The notes beneath the pieces are model-generated. The model was not told where the DNA came from. It saw only the letters and a list, made by a program, of their open reading frames with translations, and made no database searches. Positions 11,259-22,770 of a DNA stretch of 64,000 nt are shown here, piece after piece (the stretch's first letter is position 1; the number at the start of each line of letters is the position of its first letter). Origin of the DNA: an uncultured Planctomycetota bacterium (GTDB taxonomy: Bacteria; Planctomycetota; Planctomycetia; Isosphaerales; Isosphaeraceae); the NCBI GenBank assembly GCA_963845755.1, contig CAWJTV010000020.1, positions 722,742 to 786,741 of the forward strand. Reading direction: 5' to 3'. The position numbers and the translations under genes are program-made.

Positions 11259-11471
11259 ATGAGCGCCATCCCGAAATCGCCGACCATTCCACCTGAGCTC
11301 AGGGCGGAGTTGCAGGAACGCGCCGAGCTTGCCGCCCGCGGCCTCATCGATCCGGAAACACGGCGGATCGCTCGTGAGCGTCTGGACCGGATGCGCGAAG
11401 AATTCCGCCGCAGGCACGGCGAGGTAAATTTGGCCGTCGAGCTCATCCGCGAAGTCCGGGACGGCGCATGA
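11259..11471 (+). CDS. putative antitoxin (VapB-like)
   Basis: 70 aa ending LAVELIREVRDGA; overlaps the PIN gene (ATGA). Confidence 0.7.
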   Translation: MSAIPKSPTIPPELRAELQERAELAARGLIDPETRRIARERLDRMREEFRRRHGEVNLAVELIREVRDGA

Positions 11472-11745
11472 AATACGTGCTGGATTCCTGCGTGGCGGTC
11501 AAATGGTTCCTCGCCGAGCCCGATTCGGCGAAGGCCATCCGGGTCCTGGATGAGTACAACCGCCAGATCCATGAGCTCCTGGCTCCGGACGTCTTCCCGA
11601 TCGAGGTCGCACATGCGCTGTCGCGCGCGGAGCGGCGCGGCCTGATCACACCGCCCGCCGGTTCGCAGCACCTATCGGACCTCCTCGCCTCGCTCGGGCG
11701 CTGACACCGACGTTTCCCTTCATCACGTTGCTCGACTCGATCTGA
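11468..11745 (+). pseudogene. PIN/VapC toxin with internal deletion
   Basis: MKYVLDSCVAVKW...EVAHAL N-terminus; the central catalytic Asp region is missing; a C-terminal TFPFITLLDSI lies in another frame. Confidence 0.7.
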
Positions 11746-12086
11746 TCGCGAATCGAGCGCGGGCCCGGCTTCCCGTGGGAGCCGGTAGGCGGCCGCCGTC
11801 GCGCAGGCGAACGGCCTGGACAGGAGGCCCGCCCATCATCACACGGGTCCAGGTCCGATGGCTCCCGCCGGCAGAGCGCCCGCGGCGAGCCCGGGGGCAA
11901 CGATCCGCCAGAGGTGGTTCCGGGCCCCCGAGCCACTTCGGACCCGGAGAGGCGATGCCGGCCCCGGCCACCGCCCGACTCGGCCCGGACCGGCCGCGGT
12001 CGGGCGATGCGAGCGGGTCGGATCGGCGGCGGACGGCCGGAGTACGGGCCCCGGATCGGATGCGGGTCCCTGCATCGCCGAAATCA

Positions 12087-12130
12087 TGAAGCGACACCAA
12101 TTTCGGCCTGAAGCGACACCAATTTCGGCC
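12087..12130 (+). repeat. 22-bp tandem repeat, possible IS21-type end remnant
   Basis: TGAAGCGACACCAATTTCGGCC twice, at the left edge of the low-GC island. Confidence 0.6.
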
Positions 12131-12347
12131 CTAACTTACACAGGGCGTTTTTTTTCCTCACGCTTGTTTTGGGTCTAGGGCGTAGAAAATCCCTTTTGTT
12201 ACCCGCTACTCCCTTGCGGCGTCCTTGGATGCCACTCATCATATTTGGCTAAACACCTTCAGACCTATTGGGCAACTCAACAATATCTGGATCTGGAAAA
12301 CCGAATTCCATGAGACGGACGGGGTTGAGCTAAGTGGAATTATTAGT

Positions 12348-13126
<779 letters not shown>

Positions 13127-13211
13127 GAAATCCAGCCTCTTTTCAAGGGGTTCGCGTCATTTTTTCCAATGGCTCTGGGAAATCTACATGCTCGAGGCTC
13201 AGTAGACTGGC

Positions 13212-13721
13212 ATGACCGCAACCGAATTGGCGTTTCTTGGTCTGCTTGCGGCGTGGTGGGGTCTTTCACTCATGGCGCAGTGGAAGACCCCGTGGATGTC
13301 CGCAATTCGATCAAAGGATTTTCTGCATCTGATTCCGAATTATCACTTCTTTGCACCGGCCCCTGGGCGTCGTGATTACCATCTCGAATATCGCGTGAAG
13401 ACGCCGCCCCGTAAACTCACCCGCTGGGTGCGGCTACAAGTGGTTCCGACTCGTAAGCCCTGGTGCGTCGTCTGGAACCCGCATAAGCGATTACGAAAGG
13501 CATTTAACACCTCGATCAGGAGAATCAAGCGATTGTCGTATGAGCGTGGGTATGACGTGGCTGCAAAAAGTCTAGCATATTTGCATATACTTAATTTTCT
13601 AGAAAATAATCTAAAAAACTATAAGAATTGTGAAATACAATTTAGAATAACTTCTCGTAGAGACTACGATGATAATTCGAGTACGTGGCTGGTCTTTACG
13701 TCATCGTGGCATGTTCAGTAA
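13212..13721 (+). CDS. SdpA/DUF5819-like membrane-anchored protein
   Basis: N-terminal TM segment followed by IPNYHFFAPAP motif; low GC. Confidence 0.55.
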   Translation: MTATELAFLGLLAAWWGLSLMAQWKTPWMSAIRSKDFLHLIPNYHFFAPAPGRRDYHLEYRVKTPPRKLTRWVRLQVVPTRKPWCVVWNPHKRLRKAFNTSIRRIKRLSYERGYDVAAKSLAYLHILNFLENNLKNYKNCEIQFRITSRRDYDDNSSTWLVFTSSWHVQ

Positions 13722-13739
13722 ACCCTCGATCTATTGACA

Positions 13740-14624
13740 ATGGACCTAAGAGCCACGGATTCTCTGCACGTTGTAGAAGTGATAACCGCAGCTGGGGCTG
13801 CGATTTCGTCGCTCGAACTATTTTGTATTCCAAAAGCATTAAAAGATGATGGATTATTGTCGTGGCGTGTGCAGAGGCTTAGGCACGCCACGGTAATGTC
13901 TTTATGCCAGAACCTATGCCTCGATGCTTTGCTTCGCTTTCCCGGGGTCTTGATGTTGATCGGCTTGCGGCTTCTCAGCGTGGCACTTCTCTTTTCTTGT
14001 GTGGTTAGTGGCATTTCTACGTGTGCTGCTCTCGTGATGCTTGTATTCATCAATTTTTTAATAACCATAAGAAACTCAAATAGCAACGATGGTTCTGATC
14101 AAATGGCCTCTATAATAATACTGAGTTCTGCTATTGCCGAATTCATAGCGACGACGATGGCGAAGTCTGTCGCTTTGATTTTCATCGCCGCGCAAGCGTC
14201 TTTAGCGTACGGGACTTCTGGTTTCCTCAAGGCGTGTGCCGCTGGCTGGTATGATGGATCCTTTGTGTTGGAGATCCTGGGCACATCTTCTTACGGGAAC
14301 GAATTCCTGCTTCGATTGCTGCAGAGGCACAAATCCATAGTCCGTTTCTTGGGACGTGGAGTTGTTTATTGCGATTGTGCCATGAGTCTTGCGATGCTAT
14401 TACCACCTCCCGTTTGCGTTATTCTTTTGATAATTGCTTTGATTTTTCATATAAGTGTTGCCTATGTTATGGGTTTAAATACATTTCTATGGTCATTTGG
14501 CGACATTTCCAGCTATTTTGTGGGTGTCGTGTTTGGTCTATTCCGCAATTTCAGTAGTACACTCATAGGCATAGCCCGGGGGAATTTCACCCCAGGGGGG
14601 AAAAGAGGGGAAAAGGAGACATAA
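13740..14624 (+). CDS. HTTM/SdpB-like (vitamin K-dependent carboxylase-like) membrane protein
   Basis: Multi-TM with DGSDQM, YGTSGFLK..W.DG and FHISVAYVMGLNTF motifs; the C-terminus may be frameshifted. Confidence 0.6.
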   Translation: MDLRATDSLHVVEVITAAGAAISSLELFCIPKALKDDGLLSWRVQRLRHATVMSLCQNLCLDALLRFPGVLMLIGLRLLSVALLFSCVVSGISTCAALVMLVFINFLITIRNSNSNDGSDQMASIIILSSAIAEFIATTMAKSVALIFIAAQASLAYGTSGFLKACAAGWYDGSFVLEILGTSSYGNEFLLRLLQRHKSIVRFLGRGVVYCDCAMSLAMLLPPPVCVILLIIALIFHISVAYVMGLNTFLWSFGDISSYFVGVVFGLFRNFSSTLIGIARGNFTPGGKRGEKET

Positions 14625-14843
14625 CGAATATCGATAGATGCCCATGTCTACTTTCTCAGCCAGGACGTACAGGCATTCACTGAGGATGCACGCTGGCGCG
14701 AAGAATTGAAATCCGCGCGACGCGTAACTGACAAGTCCCGCATCCGCCAAAGCGTGCCGGCCAGCTTCCTTGCAGCCGATCGCGATCAGGATGTTCGAAT
14801 CGATGATCAGGCAGGGTGGATCACTTGGTGGGCTCGTTGCCAT
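14625..14843 (-). pseudogene. PIN toxin N-terminal fragment
   Basis: LIIDSNILIAI...SECLYVL, truncated at the island edge. Confidence 0.6.
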
Positions 14844-15024
14844 ACATTCCCTCGGCACGCGCCTCGCGAATTAACTCCTGAGTCTGGCTCGGATCGGTCT
14901 CTCTGCTGTCTTTCTGTCGGTCTCGGACCTGTTTGAGGATCGCCAAGGCAACCAGGTTCGGTGCGAACCGGCCTCCTTCGGGGGTTCCGGACGATGGATC
15001 GCTCTGGGATTCAGTAGAGATCAT
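14821..15024 (-). CDS. putative antitoxin
   Basis: 67 aa ending ELIREARAEGMYG; overlaps the PIN start. Confidence 0.6.
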   Translation of the reverse strand: MISTESQSDPSSGTPEGGRFAPNLVALAILKQVRDRQKDSRETDPSQTQELIREARAEGMYGNEPTK

Positions 15025-15049
15025 CGGATAGCCCTCGTTCGAATGATCG

Positions 15050-15764
15050 GTAGGCGTCCGGTCCTACCAGTCGCGCCGGCCGACGGACCGCACGCGGAGC
15101 GGACCGCCATCCCATCCGATTCGTGCGCCTTTCCCGACCTCGGCGTCGGTGGTCCTCATGCCTTCGGCCCGGCGATCGCACGACGTTCCTGCGTAAGCGT
15201 CCGATCCTCCCAGTCGGGAGCGATGGTCGAGGGGCCGTATGCCGAGCGACCGGCCCCTCCTTTCCGCCCCACGGGCGCGGAGCGGCCGGCCACCTTCTCC
15301 GATCCGCGGGCGACCTTCGACCGCGGCGGCGGTGGCCCTCACACGGTCGGCCCGGCCATCGCGCGACGCTCCTGCCGCGCGGCCTTCTGCCGTGACTCCT
15401 TACGCCGCGCTTCGTCGAGACGGTGCTGCAGCACAGGCTCCGGGTGGCTCGCGGCCCAGCGGTCCGGCAGCAAGGACTCCAGGTCCGTCTCGCCCGCGCA
15501 CAGCCGCAGCACCACGTCCCGAAGGTACGCCCACGGCTCCAGGCGATGACGCTTGGCTCCCGCCAGGATCGTGAACGTAAGCACACGGTCCTCCCAGCGG
15601 GCCGGGTACCGAGCGGCCCGCCCGCCTTTCCGCGACACGGGCACGTAGCCGCCCGTGCCCCGGTCCGAATCCTGGCGATTTCCAACCTCGGCGTCGGTGG
15701 CCCTCACCCGGTCTTTCCCGCCGCTGCTCGACGTTCCCGCCGCGTTTCCTTCTGTCGAGCCGCC
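15050..15764 (-). mobile_element. stack of three IS66 right-end remnants
   Basis: IS66-type termini GTAGGCGTCCGG (15050), GTAAGCGTCCGA (15193) and GTAAGCACACGG (15577), each followed by a related tnpC 3' tail (e.g. EPWAYLRDV...LLPDRW at 15339-15576). Confidence 0.7.
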
Positions 15765-15976
15765 GAGTGCGTCCGGTGAACCACATCTTCAAAGCGGTTC
15801 ACGGGCGTGAGATGATGTTCGGGGCACCGTCTTGATTCTTTCACTGTGCTCGGCGCACGCGATCATCCCGCGCTCGCGCCGGGCCGAGACGAACTTGGGG
15901 CGGGACAAACCTTGAGGGGCGCGCGAATCGCCCCGCGCTCGTCCGGGGTGACGAGGAGCGCGGGGCTCGGGTGCGG

Positions 15977-17553
15977 TCACTCAGTCCCGTCGGCGCCGGC
16001 CTGGTGCAACTCCTGCCAGCGGTCCGGCAGCAGTTCGTCGATCCGCTTCGCCGGGTGCGTGCTGATCCGATCGAGCCCATCGCGGAGGTAAGCCTGGGGG
16101 TCGATCCCCAGATTCTTGCAGGTCGTGCACAAGCTCATCAACACGGCCGCCGTCTGGCCTCCCTGGTCGCTCCCCGCGAATAACCAGTTCTTCCGTCCCA
16201 GCGCCACGGGCTTGAACGCGCGGCGCGCACGCACCGTTGTCCAGTTCGAGGAACCCGGCCTCCAACGGACGCTTCAGGGCCTCCCAATGGTTCAAGGCAT
16301 ACTGGATCGCTTCGCCGATCGGACTCTTGGGCAGAACCTTGGGCTGCTCGGCTTCCAGCCAGGCGTGAAACTTGTCGAAGATCGAACGCGATCGCTCGTT
16401 TCGCAGTTCGTGCCGGAACGCGACGAAGGCCTCGTAGTCCGCGGTCGCGCGCTTCTTGGCGTCGCGTTCGACGTCGTAGAGCAGGCTGATCCATGCCAGC
16501 GCCTGATGGGACCGTTGCGGGTTCGACGGTCCGCGCCTCGTAGAACTTCCGTCGCGCGTGCATCATGCAGCCGACCTCGATAATCTCGCCCGACTTGTAC
16601 AGGCCGTCGTAGGCCGAATAGGCGTCGGCCTGGAGATAACCCTGGAAGTCCTTGAAGATCTCCCGGGGCCCGGTGGCGCTGCGGTCCGGCGTGTAGCGAT
16701 AGACCACGTAAGGATGGCCGCGGTCGCCGACGGAGACCCAGAGCCGGCCGGTCTTGATCCCCTTGCCGTCGTGGTCCTGCACCGGCACCGTCGTGTCGTC
16801 GTTCTGGACGACCCTGGAGCTGAGGATCTTCTTCAGCATCAGATCGACGATCGGCTTGAGCAGATCGGCGATCGTGGCCATCCAGTCGCACATCGTTGAC
16901 CGCGACAACTCGACGCCCGAGCGATCGAGGATTCCCTCGAGGCGATAGAGCGGCAAGTGATCGGCATATTTGCTGACGGCGACGTAAGCCAGCAGCCCCG
17001 GGCCTGGCAGGCCCTTGTCGATCGGCTCGGGGAGCACGTCGGCGATCACGACGTTGGCCTGGCAGTCCTGGCAAGCGTACTTGGGGCGGATGTGTTCGAG
17101 GATGACCAGGCGGGCGGGGATGAATTCGAGTTGCTCGCGGACTTCCCGGCCGATGCAGGTGCGCTCGGCGCCGCAGTCGGGGCAAGTGCGTTGTTCGGGC
17201 GGGACGTCGTGCAAGACCGGCACTCGGGGCAGGCTCGCCGGCAACGGCTTGCGTCCGTGGCCCTTCTTCTGGGCCGCACTCGGAGCGGGCGTCGGGGCCG
17301 GGGCCGGCTCCGGGGTCGGGGCGGGTGTCGGCGCCGCCTCGGCCTGCTCCAGGATCTCCCGGGCGAAGAGCAAGAGCTGGGCCGGGTCGATCCGCTCCCC
17401 TTTGGGACCGTAGCGCTGGCGGAGGAGCTGCTCGAGCTGGTGCTGGAGCTTCTCGTTGAGATGGACCTGCTGGGCGAGCGACTTGAGCAGCTCACGGATG
17501 AGCTGATGGGCCGCCTCCAGGTCGTCCGGGAGTGGGTCCGCGAGGGTGATCAT
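15977..17553 (-). CDS. tnpC: IS66 transposase TnpC (indels)
   Basis: SKYADHLPLYR, QNDDTT, LQADAY, ALGRKNWLFAGS and LLPDRW motifs. Confidence 0.92.
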
Positions 17554-17779
17554 ACCCTATACTACGTTGACGGGTGCTCGATTGTTGGCGCATTATGCTC
17601 CTGTCGGTAGATTATTCTCCGAATTTCGAAGGGGAGTGGCGGGCCGCGAGTAGCGGACGCGCCGTCGGGCCTTGTCCAGATCGATGCCGGCCAGGAGGGC
17701 GGCGAGTTCGGCGGTGGTCATCTCGACGCGATCGGCCGCCGCGTCCGGGATGCGGAAGGTGCCGCGTTCGAGCCTCTTG

Positions 17780-20363
17780 ATGCTGGCATCACAGGACCCT
17801 CGTTCTTGTGGCGTTACACAAATCCTGAGACGTTGGGCTACTGCCGCCACGAATCGGCGGCCTCTCTTGCTACCGGTCGGGACGGTCCTTGGGAACGACC
17901 AACTCAGGGTGCCGGGCGGCGATCCAGGAGTTCTTTCGTCTGGCCAGTTGTCGCAGGCGACGAACCTCGTCCTTGTCGGCCCACACGATCAGATGCTTTC
18001 CCGAAGGCGTACGCCGCGAATGGACCCAACCCTGCTTGATCCAATAATGGACCTTCTGGGCGATGACGCCGAGTTTCCCGGCCAAGTCGGGGATCCACCA
18101 CTCGTCCTGGCCGACGAGGTCGTCGCGGAACAGTTCTCCGACCAGCCCAAGTTCACGGACCAACGCCCCGATCGTTCCCGCCGTGAACACGCCGCGACGG
18201 CGCGGCGGGACGAAGCCCTCGGCATTGAGCCGCGCGGCGATCTGCGACAGGTGAAGTCCTTCTCGATGGAGTTGCTTGATTCGTTCCGTGAGGCGTCGAA
18301 AATCCTTCAATTGCTCATACCTGCCGACTGGCCTCGCGACCTGCTGTTGGGTTGTCATGCCGCCGAGCCAAACGATCGTTACCTCGTTGAGCTCAGTCGC
18401 CTTGTCGGCCACGACAATGACCCGCTCCACCGCGCAGCGCACGATCTGCTTGCGATCCATCGCCGACGTGCCTGGTGCGTGCCAGAGCGCGGCGACGCTC
18501 TCGGAGAGCGATCGAATCCGTTGGCGATCGGCGTCGTTCAGCGTCGCCGGCAGTCTCGTCAGGAACCGATGGTAATCCTCCTCCGTTTGACGCTGCTTCT
18601 TCAGCGCGTCCTCCCACCGCGCCTCGAGTGTCCGCGCCACGAGTCGGTTCTCGGGCTCCACGGCCTGATACTGCCGCTCGGCCCTCTCGACCTCCTGGCG
18701 TGCGCGTTCCAGAGTCTGACGCCAATGGTCGTGGAGGCGCTTGCGCTCTCGCTCGGCGTTCTCGATCGCGCGTAGGCTCAGGTCCAGCGCAGCGGGCTCC
18801 AACTGCGCGGAGCACTTCCTTCGCGACCAGGTCGTCCAGCGTCTTTGCCGAGATGCACCCGCACGGCTCGTCCAGGGCCAGCCGCCAATACTCGCCGCAG
18901 TGATAGCCGGGCTTCTTGTCGGCCTTGTATCGCGTCGTCATGTGGCGGCCGCATTTCCCACAGACGACCAGGCCGGGCAGCAAGGCCTCGCCGCGTTTGG
19001 GCACGCCCCGCGTGTCGTGGAGCGATCGATTCTGTTTGAGGCGTTCCTGATTCGCGAGATAGCGATCCCAGCTAATGTACGCTGGGAGCCGATCCGGCAG
19101 GAACACGGCCAACTCCTCGGGCGGCACGAACCACTTGCCGCCTTCGGCTCGACCCGTCGTGGGATTCTTCGTCCCCTGCGCGATGTAGGCCATAAGCGTA
19201 TGCCCCCGCATAGATGGGGTGTCGCAAGATCGACAGGACTCGACTGGGAGAGGCTGGCTTCCACTCCAGCTCCCCAATGCGCCCACCGCGATGACGGCGA
19301 AATCCCAGTTGCAGGTTGTTCACGACCAGGTAACGGAAGACCGCGTAGGCGGAACCGAGTTCCTCGAACTTCTCGAACACCAACTGAATCATTCCACGCG
19401 CCTGCTCGTCAGGCTCTTGAATGATCTCGCCCGTGGCCGTCTTGAGGTATCCCAGCGGAACGGCCAGGAACAGCTCGCCTGCGCTCCGCTTTGTTCCGAC
19501 TGCCTCGAAGCAAACGATTGTACATAGTAATCAATTCGTATTCGCTCATTGCGCTTTTCATGCCAAGGAGGAGACGATCGTTACTGTCCAAGGCATCGTA
19601 GACGCCATCTTGATCGCATAGCAGGGTGCGAAAGATGCCGCAGACGTCGATAAGACGATGCCATTCGGTATTCGACCGCGACACCCTGCTAAGCTCCAAC
19701 CCCAGCACGATCCCCACGTGGTTCAAGCTCACTTCCGTCATCAACCGCTGGAAGCCCGTGCGATGGTCGGTCAACTTGCCGCCGTGGCCCTGATCCTCGT
19801 CGATGATCACCACCCGCTCTGCGGGCCAACCGAGCCGTTGCGCGAACTGCGCCAGAGCATACTGCCGTTCGCGAGACTCGCGGTTCTCGAGGACTTGCTG
19901 CGGCGTTGACTGCCGCACGTACACGATCGCGAGTCGATCGAGATGCCGATCGCCAATCTTCGAGCTCGACCTCTGGCCGAAGGTGGAGGTCGATGGAGTC
20001 TCGTCGATTGATCTGTCCGTGCGATTGACGGCCCGTGCATCACGAGATTTCATCGCGCACCTCCTGAGCGGTGCGAGGCGCGCCGAGTTGTCGAGTCACG
20101 ATGTCGCTGAGGGTGAGCAGCGTTCGTTGACGCTGCTCGTCCGTCAGTCGGCTCCAGAGTTGGTCCAGCACCGACGGCCGAACGACCGACGTGCGCGGGG
20201 GGAGCAACGAGTCCGGCGTCTCGCGACATGGGGCACCTCCTTGGATCACGGGGTGTTGAGCTTCGATCCATTCCGCCAGCCGCATCAGGCCGGCCAGCGC
20301 GATTATGGGGGTGTCCGACGATTCCTGTAAAGTCGAGAGGATGGGGGCAGTCTTACTCGTACT
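17780..20363 (-). mobile_element. minimal large-serine-recombinase integrative element
   Basis: Bounded by a 5-bp TCTTG core (17775-17779 and 20364-20368); contains only the recombinase and a small upstream ORF. Confidence 0.8.
17870..20053 (-). CDS. large serine recombinase (indels)
   Basis: AIVYVRQST catalytic Ser, ELSRVSR, LLPGLVVCGKCG Zn ribbon, coiled coil VEPENRLVARTLE; spread over ORF pieces 19409-20053, 19072-19392, 18393-19286 and 17870-18802. Confidence 0.9.
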
Positions 20364-20558
20364 TCTTGGCCCAGACGGCCAGGCCATCGCGATCCCAGTA
20401 CAGGATCTTGATGCGGTCGCGGCGCTTGTTGACGAAGACGAAGAGATGACCGGAGAGGGGATCTAGCGCCAGGCTGCCTGATGCCAGGGCGGCCAGGCCG
20501 TCAAAGCTCTTGCGCATGTCGGCCGGCTGTTTGGCGAGATAGACGCGGACCGCGGCGC

Positions 20559-20924
20559 TCAGTCCGAACATGGGCGTCCCTCCACGACCGCGATGAGATG
20601 GCGGAGGGTCAGGGGGTCGAATCCGGGGGCGACGGCGATCCGACGTCCGTTGGAGAGGATGAGTTCGAGGTGGGGTCCCGAGGCGGCGCTCGGCGGGATG
20701 GGATCGGGAAGGATAGTGACCGGGAGGAAATGGCGGTCGGCACTGGCGAAAGGACGATCGTCGCTGGGAGTGCGATCGGCCGGGGCGGGCTGGTAGAGAT
20801 GCTTTCGGAAGGAGTGAAGCGAGATTTGGCGAAGGCGGCAGAACTCGGCTTGAGTCAGACCGCTCCTGCGGAAATCGTTGAGGAGGGCATTCCATCGTAG
20901 ATCGATGGTTCGGCTTCGAGACAC
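20559..20924 (-). CDS. tnpA: IS66 TnpA accessory protein
   Basis: SGLTQAEFCR HTH, FLPVTI and LELILSNGRRI; overlaps the tnpB start. Confidence 0.85.
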   Translation of the reverse strand: MSRSRTIDLRWNALLNDFRRSGLTQAEFCRLRQISLHSFRKHLYQPAPADRTPSDDRPFASADRHFLPVTILPDPIPPSAASGPHLELILSNGRRIAVAPGFDPLTLRHLIAVVEGRPCSD

Positions 20925-21017
20925 GGCGTGATCTCCCTGACGGGACCACTGGCCCCGACAGCACTATCATCGCGGGGAGTCACGCCGCTTTGTAGATGCA
21001 CTTCACCGGACGGACAC

Positions 21018-21074
21018 AACTGGTCCGTCCGGCCCGTTAAGCCGGTCGTAGGTTCGAATCCTACCTCCTCCGCC
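21018..21074 (+). tRNA. 5'-truncated tRNA-Asn(GTT)-like sequence
   Basis: Anticodon arm CCGGC-CCGTTAA-GCCGG, T arm GTAGG-TTCGAAT-CCTAC, acceptor 3' strand CTCCTCC; the 5' part is replaced by the IS66 end. Confidence 0.6.
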
Positions 21075-21197
21075 CCGTCCATCCGCCAGGCGCGTGGCCG
21101 GGGCGGTTAGGCGTGTCGCTCCGGAAACTTGTGCAGGTCTCGGTTTTCTCGCACGCACTTCAGGATCATCATCAAAGTCACCAACACGGAGGCGATC

Positions 21198-21425
21198 ATG
21201 GCCGAACGACTCAACGGCGGAGCCGTCCTGCACGTCCGCTTCGACGGCCGAAGCCTTGACCTGCCGCTGGGCGATCTCCATGTCGGCCTCGGGGCCGACG
21301 ACTTCGAGATCAAGACCGCGCTGGCCCGGCACCTCGAGGTCCACGAGGCGAAGCTGCGCGACTATACCGTGGACCGGCACGAGACCGGCAACCTCACCGT
21401 CCGGCCCGAGGCCGTGTTCGGTTGA
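21198..21425 (+). CDS. 75-aa putative ubiquitin-like (beta-grasp) protein ending in Gly
   Basis: GGAGG RBS; beta-beta-alpha-beta-beta pattern; C-terminal LTVRPEAVFG; same strand as the downstream ThiF gene. Confidence 0.6.
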   Translation: MAERLNGGAVLHVRFDGRSLDLPLGDLHVGLGADDFEIKTALARHLEVHEAKLRDYTVDRHETGNLTVRPEAVFG

Positions 21426-21498
21426 TCGGATAATCAAGGGACCAACCCGTACCCAACGGCACGAGCGTACAAACAACTCTTTCATAAGGCAGAAGTTG

Positions 21499-22770
21499 GG
21501 TGGTGTCCCAAGCGTATTGAATGTCGTAAGTCTTGCGGTGTTTGCGACTTAGGCAAATCTTACTGAGGGATATGTGAGCCATTCACGCATGGTCCACACA
21601 TGGTCGGTCAACCCCGCGGCCATCGCGGGCGATCGCTGCCGAGGTCGGCCCTGCTCGTCTCGATCCGCCAACGTCCGTACAGGCCAGCAGAAGTTATAGC
21701 TGTAAATTGTGAAATAGGTCATTGATTCATGCACTTGCCAATCCTTCGAGAACGTGTAGGTCTTGCGTACCTTCCGGGCGTTGCGATGTCGGTCCGTCGC
21801 GTTGTCTCGTTCCAGGAACGAGACGTTGACCTGCAGGCTCACCTTGGAGCGCCGCAAGGCCCGACCCAACGCCGCCATCGTGCCGAAGATCAGATGGACC
21901 AGGATCTCCACCACCCGACCCCGCCGACGCTTCTTCTGGACAGTGGCATAGGTCAGCTCCGGCAGCGGCTCCTTCTCGGGCACCATCCGGTGGCTGTCGC
22001 GCCCCGTCGGGGTCGTCGTGACGTCCGTCCCGTAGACGTGCAGGATCGCGTCCTTGTAGGCCGGGTAGTCATCGCTGGTCATCAGCCGCAAGGGACGGCC
22101 CTCCGTCCGCTGGTAGACGTCGCTGACCACAGTCTCGGTCTGCTCAGACATTCGCGCCCCGGGAACGACGCAGAGCACCAGCTTGTGCTCCGGATCGTAA
22201 GCCGTGTGATCCCACCAATCGCCCCGCTGGGCGTCGGCCGGGTCTGCCGGGTCGCAGTGCTCCTGCTTCTTGTAGACGAAGGACCATTTCTCGTCGAACT
22301 GGACTTCTTCAGTCCGAGGGGGAAAAAGCCACGAGTTCGTCGTGGAGTTGCTGGGCGTGATCGCCCAGGAGTCGGCTGTAGCGGACCACGGTATCGCGGT
22401 GCACCCCCACCAGCCGAGCGGTGGCCCGCACCCCAGTGCGATCGGCCACGTGTCTTATCAAGTCGAGGGCCTTGTCCGCGGGTAAGGTCGAACCGAACAG
22501 GGGTGTCCCCTTCCGTTCGGAGAACCGGGCCTTGCAGGTATGGCAGTAGAGCAGCCGGATCGGTTGGGTCTTGCCGTAGCGGCCGACGACGGTCAGATTG
22601 CCGTGTCCCCTCTTGCCGTAATCGGGGCAGGCCGGGTCTTGGCAGCAAAAGCGGGAGAGATCGTCCATGGATACATCTCCATGATTGCGTGACTGGTGCA
22701 GACGAACTCATAGCGATAAACCCGTTATAAGCGGTGGACTTGCGACATTCAATACAGCTAGGACACCACC
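21499..22770 (-). mobile_element. IS1-family-like insertion sequence
   Basis: IRs GGTGGTGTCCCAAGCGTATTGAATGTCG / CGACATTCAATACAGCTAGGACACCACC; 8-bp direct repeat AGAAGTTG (21491-21498 and 22771-22778). Confidence 0.88.
21549..22668 (-). CDS. IS1-like transposase (Zn finger/HTH plus DDE, frameshifted)
   Basis: CCQDPAC...CHTC N-terminus; TTTTTCCCCC shift site near 22320; QFDEKW, TSDDYPAY, FLERDN and SPAMAAGLTDHVW motifs. Confidence 0.8.

Larger units (their letters stand above)
17593..20571 (-). pseudogene. tnpB: IS66 TnpB split by a recombinase element
   Basis: MFGLS...DMRKSFDGL...YWDRDGLAVWAK (20571-20364) joins RLERGTF (from 17774); TCTTG occurs at both junctions. Confidence 0.9.
15765..21017 (-). 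mobile_element. IS66-family element (tnpA-tnpB-tnpC) carrying a recombinase element
   Basis: IRs GAGTGCGTCCGGTGAACCACATC / GATGCACTTCACCGGACGGACAC; no flanking 8-bp direct repeat. Confidence 0.88.
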
